Shown piece by piece: positions 38,601-50,553 of a DNA stretch of 64,000 bases. The notes below the pieces were generated by a model, which was given only the letters and a program-made list of their open reading frames with translations, did not search any database and was not told the origin of the DNA. Numbering within the stretch: the stretch's first letter is position 1; every line of letters starts with the position of its first letter. A program made the translations under genes and the position numbers. This DNA comes from Macrostomum lignano (lineage: Eukaryota): positions 1 through 64,000 of the forward strand of contig NIVC01003989.1 in assembly GCA_002269645.1 (NCBI GenBank), given 5' to 3'.

Positions 38601-39120
38601 ATCATCTACAGTAGCAGTCCAGTCTGTTCGCATCTTTCTTGGCTATCTCTTTTCAATTGGAGAACATGAATTGTGGCCCTTATAATTCAATTCTTACAGC
38701 AAGTCAATTGGAGTAAAAAATTATGACATAATCAATTTCTCAGTCAGCCAGAATCAGTCTCAATTTAAGTTGGCAATATGGTTACGCAATTTCATTCAAG
38801 TTTTGTGTGCATTTGTTCGGCACTGTTTTCAACTTGTTGTGATGCAATCTTTATCACAATCGGAATTCAGTCAGTCAGTTTTTTCTCTAGCATTCTTACA
38901 ATGCATTTCAGGTCGAAAGAGCTGCTTGACCTTTGCAAAAAATCATGTTTTTCGAATATTTAATCCCTTTAACATTGAGCAATTTCTTAGCCAATATGCA
39001 TGTACCGTCCCGGGAAAATTTCTGATCGAATGGTGCAAGTTTGAAGAAAATCGGTTGAGCCGTTCGGGAGAAAATCAATTACAAGCAAGCAACCAAGCAT
39101 TTCATTTTTAGTATATTAGA

Positions 39121-40694
39121 CTAGCAATCTTTGCCCCCGATGGGGGGCATCTGGATAGAATCCTTGTTTTTTACAAATAACAAATAGACAGCGAAATAAA
39201 GCCTTCAGAAAAAACAACAGACATTCCCTCTTAAAAACAAAACATCCCAAGACAGCAAGCATCCTCAGACAACATTCAAGCATTGATCCCCAAATAGCAA
39301 GCATCCCCCAGACTGCAAGCATCCCCCAGATAGCAAGCATCCCCAGATAGCAAGCATCCCCCAGACTGCAAGCATCCCCCGATAGCAAGCATTCCCCCAG
39401 ACCCCAGATAGCAAGCATCCCCCAGATAGCAAGCATCCCGCAGATAGCAAGCATCCCCCAGATAGCAAGCATTCCTCAGATAGCAAGCATCCCCCAGATC
39501 GCAAGCATCCCCAGATAGCAAGCATTCCCCCAGACCCCAGATAGCAAGCGTCCCCCAGATAGCAAGCATCCCCAGATAGCAAGCATCCCCCAGACTGCAA
39601 GCATCCCCCGATAGCAAGCATTCCCCCAGACCCCAGATAGCAAGCATCCCCCAGATAGCAAGCATCCCGCAGATAGCAAGCATCCCCCAGATAGCAAGCA
39701 TTCCTCAGATAGCAAGCATCCCCAGATCGCAAGCATCCCCAGATAGCAAGCATTCCCCCAGACCCCAGATAGCAAGCGTCCCCCAGATAGCAAGCATCCC
39801 GCAGATAGCAAGCATCCCCCAGATAGCAAGCATCCCGCAGATAGCAAGCATCCCCTAGATAGCAAGCATCCCCCCCCCAGATAGCAAGCATCCCCCAGAC
39901 AGCAAGCAACCCCTGATAGCAAGCATAACCTGGATACAAAGATACCTTATAGATATCTAGCAACCCCCTCTCAGATAGCAAGTACTCTCCACCCCCAAGA
40001 GCAAGCATCCCCCTGATAGCAAGTATCCATCCTTAAATAGCAAGCATCCACCAGAGAACAAGTAGCTAGTGCAACAATTTCCTTAGCTTTATAATGGTTT
40101 CATTTTGTTTGGCATGACACTTCTTTTATGTTTGAAATGGTGTCTCTTTTTTAACTCAATTTTAACTGTCTTCTTTCCAGATAATTACAAATCTTTTCGT
40201 AAAAACGCGATTAAAATTGGCCAATTGGTTCTATCTCTAGAACGTTATGCAAATAATAACACAAATTCTCTTCGAGTGAAAGTCACACGAAGCAGCTATG
40301 ACATAATCAAATACTCAGGCAGTCAGCATCAGTCTCAATTAAAGTTAGCAATATGGTTACGCAATTTCTGTCTTTCAACTTGGCACAGTGTTTTCAACTT
40401 GTTGTGATGCAATCTTTATCAAAATCAGAATTCAGTCAGTCGGTTTTTTCTCTAGCATTCTTACAGCGCATTTCAAGTCGAAAGAGCTGCTTGACCTTTG
40501 CAAAAAAGCATGTTTTTCGAATATTTAATCCCTTTAGCATTAAAGCAGATTAAAGAAATTTTAACCGTCTTCTTTCCAGACAATTTTAAATCTTTTGGCG
40601 AAAACGCGATCAAAATCGGTGAAGTATTGCTCGCTCTAGAGCGTTATGGACATTCATTCAAGCATACAAACCTTAGAGATTTAGTATATTTAGA
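39121..40694 (-). mobile_element. Non-autonomous Helitron N4
   Basis: 3' hairpin plus CTAG ending at 39121; CCCCAGATAGCAAGCATC minisatellite at 39290-40040; conserved 5' subterminal block; 5' TCTAAATATACTAAATCTC at 40694. Confidence 0.75.
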
Positions 40695-40930
40695 TTAGAA
40701 GATTTAGTATATTGTGATTAGAAGAAGATAGAAGATAGACAAGCAAGCAAGCATACAAATATTAGAGATTTAGTATATTTAGACGATCTCTAAAGCGTTA
40801 TGGACAAGCAAGCAAGCAAGCATACAAATATTAGAGATTTAGTATATTTAGATTAGAAGATAGAAGACTAGAGCGTTATGGACATTCATTCAAGCATACA
40901 AACAAACCTTAGAGATTTAGTATATTTAGA
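40680..40930 (-). repeat. Stack of reiterated Helitron 5' ends and TCTA(A) stubs
   Basis: TC..AATATACTAAATCT occurs about five times, separated by TCTAA/TCTTCTA stubs. Confidence 0.7.
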
Positions 40931-41258
40931 TTTAGTATATGGATTTTGATTTTTAGTATAATGGAAGTATAATGGATTTCATAATGGTTGGCTTGTGTAG
41001 CTGTCAAATAGATCGATAATTGGGGTTGACGCACTGGAGAGAGAGTGATAAAAATGTACGCGGAGATGAATTAGGGGTAGTAAAATGGCGTGATGTGTTC
41101 AGGTGAGTGTACGCACCTACACCCTGAAAGGCAGAGTAATAGTATCGCATTTTAAGAAAGCGTATTTAACAATGGCCTCGTCAACCATTTTTCATCTTGC
41201 GAGAATTCACATACTTTTGATCGCATAAAATTCTACTCATACTAAGTAACGATAGAAG

Positions 41259-42650
41259 ATGAAAATTCTTGATGTAAGAAATTGCACGAAGCTAACGACT
41301 CCCTTGCGGGGAAAAATTCTGGTTCGGAATGAGGTGAGCTGCACTTTTAGTTTCTTCGCTTACTTTTGCACAATAGTCAATTAAATGCACAATAGTCAAG
41401 AAAACAATACTACTGTAATTTGTAGGTGAAAATCAACTCAAAAATTTTTCCTGACCCCACATTTGTTTAGATTCGGTCCTACTCAAACCGTAGTGGCCCC
41501 GGCACTTTGTTCTCGGCCCTTCTGATCGACGAGACAGCTGAGATCAAAGTGTGTTTTTTCGGACGTAACCTTAACGATTCGTGGCAGAAGTGTACCGAGG
41601 GGAACGCTGTAAACCTTCACGGCGTTGAAGTGAAGACAGCGGATCAGCGCTACAACTTTGCTGAGAACCTTTTCGAGCTAAATGTCAATGTCGACAAAGG
41701 TGGTTTCGTTGAAGAAGCGGAAGACTTCGTGTGTTCACCGCACTACAGATTCCACCCGATATCAGAGCTAGCCACAATCGGGACTAATGGGTGAGAATTC
41801 TTATGTCAAAATTATATTCTTATGTCTATATCTATAACTCTATCTATCTATCCATCTATCCATCTATCCGTCTATCCATCTAGCTATCTATCCACTTCTC
41901 AATATGTCTTACCCATTTATCTATTCAAGATTTGACTTTGAACCCCATTTCTGATCCTAGCGTTCGCGTCGACTTGCTGGGGGTAGTAATATCGACTGCT
42001 GGTCCGACCGACGTCCAGACAAGAAATGGTCCTACGCAAAGGACTGGCGTTGTCTTGGCAGACAACAGTGACCGTACAGTCCTCTGTACGTTCTGGGGAC
42101 GGCGAGCCGTTCAGGTGTCCTCGTGGCACATCAATTCTATTGTGGCAATCAAGGGGGCGTGAACAAGTGACTACGATGTCCTCTCGCTTAGTTGCTCCTC
42201 CGTCTATTGTGTCCTGGATCCCGACGGAGTTGACCTCAGTGAGCTGCAAAAATGGCGTGAGGAACGAGCAGCCAAAGAATTGATGCCCGTTGCTGCCTCT
42301 CGCCAGCCGCAGATCGACGATGCGATTTGCATCGACGTGCCCAGCAGCGTCAAACGGGTCCGCATCCGTCGGGGAAATATCGAGGTAAGGCTCAATATTT
42401 AACTCAATTCAATTTAGTATGCATGCTCTTCCTGTCATAGCCAACAGAACCAGCTTCTTCACAAAACTTACAGAGGACGATCGATCTCAACGATTTGGAG
42501 CCACAGAGTTCACAGTGAGTAATCGAATACTTTCATGCCGTTAGAATTTGCGTTGCGGGTATCAAGGAGCTACAATATAAAAATTTTAACGAATCACAAA
42601 TCGTACTTGCAGACAAAGCGACACGTCATTCTCCTCTCAGTGAACGATGT
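41259..42650 (+). pseudogene. RPA70-like gene 3 (divergent; one in-frame TGA)
   Basis: Exons 41259-41333, 41471-41790, 41961-42384 plus short tail exons. IRSYSNRSGPGTLFSALLIDETAEIKVCFFG (OB-A) and VDLLGVV...VLCTFWG...VAIKGA (OB-B); the frame stays open past the TGA at 42160-42162 to the conserved KRVRIRRGNIE|GT. Confidence 0.75.
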
Positions 42651-43233
42651 ACGGCGAACATCGGTGAAGATGTACGATGTACGGTGAAGAGTGAAAGCTG
42701 ATAATAAAATAAAAGCTGAATAAAAATGTTCTGGATAAGAATATTGAAATAAAAGCTGAATAAAACTGTTCTGGATAAGACTATTTACCTTCTGTCTATT
42801 TCACTTACGTATATCCATCTGTCGTTGTGTCAGCTCATGCCTGTCTGTCCGTCTATATATAAATTGTACAGCAACAATCATTCCAGTCTCCCCAGAAGTG
42901 TAAGATTCTCCCCAGATTAGCACCGCTCCCCAGATTAGTAATGCTCTCTGCAAATTAGCACATGGGAGGAGACTTCATTATTGTCAAAATTCTGCAGTTC
43001 TCCTCCCGGCTGGCTCCTCAGTCTCCTCAGCAAACTTGCAATAGTCCTTTTATCTATTTAAAAATTTCTCAGCATTTAGTACGACTCACTAATCAGTACT
43101 CGATACATAACTACACCAATATCTTATCTATTCTATATCTATATCTATACTCGATCATAGGATTTAGCTATGCCTTCAGCAGTTTAGCAGTATTGTCTGC
43201 AGTTTAGCAATTTCATGCTTAAATGCAGGCAAC

Positions 43234-43457
43234 GGTGACCGGACATTTCGTCAACCGGCATTTCGTCAACCAGACCAACCATGTCCGGTTGCCGTAATGT
43301 TTGGTTGACAATACCAGTTGACGAAATGCCAGTTGACGAAATGCCATTTGACGAAATGCCGGTTGACGAATGCCAGTTGACGAAATGCCAGTTGACGAAA
43401 TGCCAGTTGACGAAATGCCGGTTGACGAAATGCCAGTTGACGAAATGTCCTGGAACC
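43234..43457. mobile_element. 224-bp foldback-type MITE with an 8-bp TSD
   Basis: CAGGCAAC at 43226-43233 and 43458-43465; TIRs GGT..C.GGACATTTCGTCAAC; internal 15-bp repeats; homologous empty site near 51920. Confidence 0.8.
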
Positions 43458-43681
43458 CAGGCAACACCCATTGATGAGATCAGTAACACTCAAAGCAGTT
43501 TACAAATCAAATTTGTTTAGTGGCTTGTGCCGATTAGCGAAAATATAAGCACAAGCCACTAAGCAAACGTAAAGCAAACTACGTAATAAAAATGTTTCAA
43601 TCGCTATTAATAGACAGACGTTTCAATTAGTCGATGCAGAATTTAGAAAAAAATAAATTCATGCAATTTAAATTATTCGCA

Positions 43682-43750
43682 GCGAGGTGGACTCGAACCT
43701 GGGACCTTACGCCTAGCCTAAACCTAGTGCCTACATGCGGCTACTCCGCC
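43682..43750 (-). other. tRNA-derived / SINE-head-like cassette with a B box
   Basis: GGCGGAGTAGCCGCATGTAGGC...CCCAGGTTCGAGTCC; perfect GGTTCGANNCC B box and an A-box-like TAGCCGCATGTAGG. Confidence 0.6.
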
Positions 43751-44720
43751 TATTGATGGAAAGGCGAGAAAATCAGCCATATAAGCTTCGACACTGCAGT
43801 CAAATACATAGCAGTGATGGGCTGCTCAGTGCGCAGGCAGAGCCAATGCACAGTTGAGTGAAATCTATAAATAGCAATTGTCTATGCAGTCCGCCATTCA
43901 GCTAGGGTCAGAGGAATGTACACACAGCCACTGAGCATTTTTTCTCTCCCTTGCACACTGTAGCCAGTATTGAAACTTGGAGAAAAAAGTTATGGCGCAA
44001 TCTCAATTGGAGTTTCAATTCAGTCAGTCGAGATTTTGACCATTTCTAGCCTCCCATTAAAATCATAAGGAAAACTCGTTTTTCGAATATTTAATCCACT
44101 TAGCACGGAAGCAAATATTTGAAAATTTTTAGGTACAATCCTTGAAAAATTTTGCAGGTTTAGAAAAAAACGCGATCAAATTTGGTTGAGGCATTCAGTA
44201 TTAAATGCGTCATTCACAAACAGACAAACAAAGGTAGGACTTTTAGTATATTAGAAGATTAGAAGAAGAAAGATAGAAGATAGAAGAAGATAGATAGAAG
44301 ATAGAAGATTCATTCAAGCATACAAATATTAGAGATTTAGTATATTTAGATTTGATAAAGCTTCCTGACTTTGTGCTGGATGGTCATAAAAATTGCCTGC
44401 GCGCTTATGTCTTAGCCGTAAAAATGGCCTGCGCGGTAAAGTCACTGGGTTTTTGCGCGCTTGTGCCTGTGCGCGCTTATTTCCACACTTGCCAAAAAAT
44501 ACACATCCGCGCTTATGTCACGCGCGCTTATTCAGCCCTCCCGATAAGCCTCACCCAAAGTTCGCAAGAGAATAGCAGGCGCAAATTGGCTGACCTACGG
44601 ACAAGAAATGACAGCTCTGGAATGCATGTCAACTGGGCCATATATACCCAAATGGGTATATTGATTGAATTATACTGCCTAATAAAATCCCATTTGATTC
44701 GTCAAAGGATTGAACAATTG

Positions 44721-45516
44721 AAGGTAAATATCAACATGAAGTATTATTTGAGTTGCCGATGCATTTCGTCCATTTGCATTAGGACATCGTCAGGGTCTTT
44801 TTATTGAGAAACAATTTGAACGAATATTCAGTATATATAGATAGTTGAGAGTAACAAGAGTAGTTGAATTGAGTTTTTAATTGATGGTTTAAAACTTGTA
44901 CATAGTAATCAATTTTTTGATACAGTATTGGTTGGGTAAAGTGCATATCAGTTTCAAGCCAGTCCGGTCATTGACAAATCAGCTAAAAAATTCTGAGTTG
45001 ACGGCTAGCCCCACCCATCGCAAGTTGGTTATTTAACGTGGGCTGTTTGGTCTTAATGTACAGGGCTTCTAATAGGCAGAGCATGTGATCTCTATTACAA
45101 AAATCAATAGCCTTTATCATTTCGTGTGGTTCAGCCTCACAACAAGAATTGCAGGTTAGCAGGTTAAATAACCAACTTGCGATGGGTGGGGCTAGCCGTC
45201 AACTCAGAATTTTTTAGCTGATTTGTCAATGACCGGACTGGCTTGAAACTGATATGCACTTTACCCAACCAATACTGTATCAAAAAATTGATTACTATGT
45301 ACAAGTTTTAAACCATCAATTAAAAACTCAATTCAACTACTCTTGTTACTCTCAACTATCTATATATACTGAATATTCGTTCAAATTGTTTCTCAATAAA
45401 AAGACCCTGACGATGTCCTAATGCAAATGGACGAAATGCATCGGCAACTCAAATAATACTTTATGTTGATATTTACCTTTATTTATCTACTCTTCATCAA
45501 GCGAGCCACTTTACCT
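44721..45516. mobile_element. Foldback insertion: 317-bp near-perfect inverted arms, 125-bp spacer, 13-bp flanking direct repeat
   Basis: Arms 44721-45037 and 45163-45479 (one mismatch seen); GATTGAACAATTG at 44708-44720 and 45517-45529. Confidence 0.8.
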
Positions 45517-45786
45517 GATTGAACAATTGTATATTCTGGCTTTAATTGTAAGATGTCGTAATTACGATAAAAGAGAAAAACTCAAGACAATTCAAAACTC
45601 CTGTCTAAAAACTTTCAGATGACCAGTTTAGAACACAATTTGAAGGTTGACATGTCATCATTCTTTCATTTAATATTAGTTATATGCATATAATTGTTAG
45701 TTATAGAATGAGTTATTTAGTAATAAATTAAATTAATTGAAATAGAAAGCAGTTGGAAAACAATTAACCAGTACAAGCTATTCAAT

Positions 45787-46754
<968 letters not shown>

Positions 46755-46778
46755 TGCTGATGCTGCTGCTGATGCTGC

Positions 46779-49700
46779 TCTCTCTCTCTCTCTCTCTCTA
46801 CACCGAGCCCTCGACGCCGCTGGGAGGCGGCTGGGGGCTTGGCCGGCCGAGGGGTCGGTCCACCACCCGAAGAAAGCGGCAGATCCCGCCCGCGTCGTTG
46901 AGGTCGAGGGGGTGGACAGCGCGGGCGTGGTCTCCCCGGGGGCAGTCGTCTAACAGGTGACTCTCGGTGTCTGGCTCACCGCAGTCCGGACACCGCGGCG
47001 AGTCAGCAATGCCGATGCGGTGGCGGGTAGCGGCACAGGCGGTGCTGCAGCCTGCGCAGAGCTGGCAGACCGCCGTCTCCTCCGCTGGGCTGATGCGGTC
47101 GGGGTGAGTCCATGGTGCGCTGCGTCCCCAGAAGTCACGGTCAAGGCGACGCCTGGCTCTGTGGATGAGCGCCTTAGCAGTGCCAAGTGGGATTGCCTGT
47201 TCTTCTTGGCGGAGATTCACGGCGCGGTTGGCAGCAGCATCCACTCTTTCGTTGCATTTCACCTCAACGTGGGCCGGCACCCAAGTGAGGCGGATGCGGT
47301 GCTGCATCGCGCAGAGGTACTCCGCGCCCCGCGGGTCGCTCTGGTCGCAAGGACCGCGCATGAGGGTGACGAGCGCCGCTTGGCTATCAGTGAGAATGTC
47401 GGCGCTAGTCCCGTGACTCGTGTCCAGGTGTCGGATGCTTGCAAGACCGGTGGCTATAGCAGTCAACTCCGCTGCGGTGCTGCTGCAGATCGCTCCAGCC
47501 GCAGCAGTGCGCACCTGTCCCCAGAGCCTAGTCGTGATGACCGCGGCTCCGCGTTTATTTCTGTAGCCTTCGGTGGCGCTGCCATCAGTCCAGATTTCGA
47601 TGTCCGGCACAGGTCTGGAAGCCAGATATTCGAGAGCACGGGTTCGCTGAATGCTGTCGGGGAGTCGGCGGTTGCAGGCGTCTGCCAGATTGAGGTCGAA
47701 GACGACGTTGTCGGTGAAGGTCCACGGCGGACCCGGCGCCGTATACGGCGCGCGCGTATGTAGGTCCAGTTCGTCGGTCAATTCTTGTGCTGCGCGCCTC
47801 CAGCAGCCACGGTGTGGTCGCTTGTAGTCATTGACCAGGATTGGCCGCTCCGGTGTCTGCTGCTGATCTCTGATCCAGCTTTCGTGGGCTCGGGATTTTA
47901 GTCGGGGTCTGCAGGTTCTGAGTGCCGTTTGGTGCGCTGGCTGGACCCGTAGGACCCTTTCACGGAGGACCGCTGCTCTTTCCAGGAACAGGTGACCGAG
48001 CGGCGGCAGGTCGGCGGCGGCCAAGAGCGCTCTGATATTTGTCGGCTGGATGCACCCTGTGATGATGCGGGCGGCGCAGTTCTGTTGGCGCTCCACAAGG
48101 AGGCGTGTGCTCGGGGACGCGAAGGCGCCCCAGACGCCACCTGCGAAGTCGACTACGGCCCGGACCGTGGAGATGTAGGAGAACTTTGAAACTTGCGCCA
48201 TTCGATCTGGTGGCAAGCGCCGCCAGTGGTCTTCTGCAGGCTGCCATGCGCTTGCAAATGTCACGGGCATGCTGATTAAAAGTGAGCTGGCCGTCGAGGG
48301 TCACCCCCAGGAAGGTCGGGTGGGCCTCGTACGCCAGCGGCTCTCCCGCGATGTTCAGATCTGGGCGCGTTTTCCCATTGCATTCACTTGGCGCGAGGGT
48401 GAAGGTGGTGTAGCAGCACTTAGCTGGGCTCATTTCGACCTTCCAGTGACGCACCAGGTGTGTACCGCATCCAGGGCCGGTTGCAGATTGACGGCACAGC
48501 GGTGGAGCGAGTTGGCAGTGCTCAACAGTGCGCTGTCATCGGCAAAGAGGCTAATGCAATGCCCGGGGCAGCTTGATTAACGGCTTCGACCAGATCGTTG
48601 ACGTACACATTCCACAGCGTCGGGGCGATGACGCTGCCCTGTGGGAGGCCTTCGCGGAAACTTCTCTCGCGGCTGAGGGCGGCGTTCCAGCGAACTCTGG
48701 CGCGTCTTTGACAGAGGAAACCCCTGATCCACTGGACCATGCGGTGGCTTACGCCCATTCTAAAGAGCTTGGCGTAGAGAGCCCGGCGCCACAGGCGCGG
48801 CTGAAATCGAGCAGAGCCAGGATGCTGTGCAGGGACGGGCTAGCCTCGAGTCCGTCAAGATATCTTGGCAGATGCGGCCGATCTGCTCTTCGCAGCTCCG
48901 GTGCCTGCGAAAGCCGGCTTGACTAGCGGAGATCTTTCCGTTAGTTTCGAGGAAGCAGTTAAGTCTAGCCAGCACCATCCTTTCCGCACACTTGGCCACG
49001 CAGCTGGTCCGGGCGACCGGGAGGTAGCTGCTAGGCTGTTCCGGGTCTTTTCGTTTTTTGGAGATCGGGATGATAACTGCCCCTTGCCAGGCGTTGGGTG
49101 TCTTTCCTTCTCTCCAGCTACGATTGATGAGCTCTAGCAGCGCAGAGTCGCCGGCCGGTGGCAGGTGTTTAAGCATTTCGTTGTGGATCCCGTCCGCTTC
49201 AGCGGCTTTGCCCGATTTAAGTTTACGCAGAGCAGTTCGGAGTTCGGAGACCGAAAGTTCTACTCCGATGCGTCCAGGTGCCCCGTCTGGTTCCGCAGTC
49301 CGGCTTTGACTTCGTAGCGGATAGCGGCGTCCTCAGGTCTACGCGGCACCCTGGAGACTTCAGCGTACAGCTGGCAGAAAAGATCTGCCTTATCCTTGTC
49401 GGAGTGGCAGGTATGTGCTGGTCTCCCTTTGCTTGCGCTGCTATAGATAGTAGCAGCATCTCGCTTCTTAGCTGACTCCCCTCGGAGGTTTCGGAGCAGG
49501 GCGTAAAGGTCGCTGTTGACATTAAGCTCGCTGGCCTTTGATTCCAGACAGGCTCGGCGCTCAGTGCGGATGGTTTTGGCCGCGTGGTGTCTGGCTCTGT
49601 TGTAAGCGGCCATGGCTTCCGGTGTCTTTGTGGTCTCCGCCGTGGTCCTGGCTTCTTGCACCGCGTCGCACGCTGACTGACATTTCTCGTTCCAGAAAGG

Positions 49701-49870
49701 AGCTCTTCGACCAGCTCTGCTGCCTCGCGGGATCGCCCGGTGTGCAGCCCTGAGGATCTCTTCATTGAGTGCGGCGGCCTGTTGGTCCAGTGTCCTGCTG
49801 GCTTCCAATTGGAGCGTGTTCAACGCGAGCTGCAGGTGGTCGCTGAAGGTGGCAGAACCTTTGAACACCC
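46779..49870 (-). mobile_element. 5'-truncated non-LTR retrotransposon (RT, RNase H, CCHC; I-group/Ingi-like), frameshifted
   Basis: GLPQGSVIAPTLWNVYVND, LFADD, WTDGSA...AELTAI...TDSQAAL...WVPAH...NERVD, CPDCGEPDTESHLLDDC; (GA)n tail; no endonuclease domain remains. Confidence 0.9.
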
Positions 49871-49884
49871 CGCTCTGTGCAGTT

Positions 49885-49911
49885 CTAACCCTAACCCTAA
49901 ACCTAACCCTA
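49885..49911. repeat. Short interstitial (CCCTAA)n tract at the LINE/Helitron junction
   Basis: CTAACCCTAACCCTAAACCTAACCCTA. Confidence 0.7.
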
Positions 49912-49919
49912 GCAACTGA

Positions 49920-50529
49920 ATCCTGACACTCGAGTTCTGTTTCGCGGAGAGCATTTCGATGGTGTGCAGTTTCACGGAGAGGATTTCGATGGATTTGGAG
50001 AAACGTTGAAGGATGGTATTCGGAGGGCTGCTTCTAATGGAAATCTTTCGATAGGTGATTCATTGGGGAATTTATTCAATGGGGTTTTTTTCGATCGAGG
50101 GTTCTTTGAATAGGGGATTCTTTGGATGAAGGATCCTTTCGATAAAAGGATCCTTTAGATATGGGTTTTTTGGATGGGGATTCTTTAGATGGGGGTTATT
50201 TAGATGAGGGGATTCTTTAGCCGAGAATTCTGTAGATAGGGGGATTATTTGGAGGGGGATTTTATATATGCGGGATTCTTTGAATGGGGATTCTTTTGAT
50301 TTTTTGATGGGGATTATTTGGACGGGGTTCTTTAGATGAGGGGATTCTTTGGCCAATTATTTTTTGGTGGAGATTATTTGGTTAGAAGATCTATGGATTA
50401 TTTGGATGTGAATTTTTTGGATGGGGGATTCTTTGCATGTGAAATTCTTTGCATTGAGGATTTTATGGATGGGGAAAACTGTGGTTGGAGTTTGGACGGA
50501 AAGCCCCAACGGGGGTTGGAATTGGCTAG
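49920..50529 (+). mobile_element. Helitron 3' fragment with a degenerate GGATTCTTTAGATGGGG minisatellite
   Basis: CCCCAACGGGG hairpin at about 50504-50514 and CTAG at 50526-50529, directly followed by a TC 5' end. Confidence 0.7.
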
Positions 50530-50553
50530 TCCAATATACTAAAAATCCTCCAA

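Larger units (their letters stand above)
22254..39120 (-). mobile_element. Helitron H2 (16.9 kb, near-intact autonomous element)
   Basis: 5' TCTAATATACTAAAAATG at 39120; 3' CCCCGAAGGGG hairpin plus CTAG ending at 22254; full RepHel, RPA-like and zinc-knuckle genes inside. Confidence 0.85.
42900..44350 (-). mobile_element. 5' portion of a non-autonomous Helitron, homologous in inverted orientation to 50554-52100
   Basis: 5' ends at about 44255 and 44350; shared subterminal block and tRNA-like cassette. Confidence 0.65.

Noticed and set aside
39116-40008. Long ACYLGD/GGCLLS ORFs (also 235-541, 14467-14976)
   Set aside because: Translations of the CCCCAGATAGCAAGC minisatellite.
43682-43750. 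Functional tRNA gene
   Set aside because: Acceptor and T stems do not pair fully and the anticodon arm is irregular; kept only as a tRNA-derived cassette.
49885-49911. True chromosome end or telomerase healing of the LINE end
   Set aside because: The tract is under 30 bp and interstitial, and the G-rich strand points toward the LINE rather than away from it.
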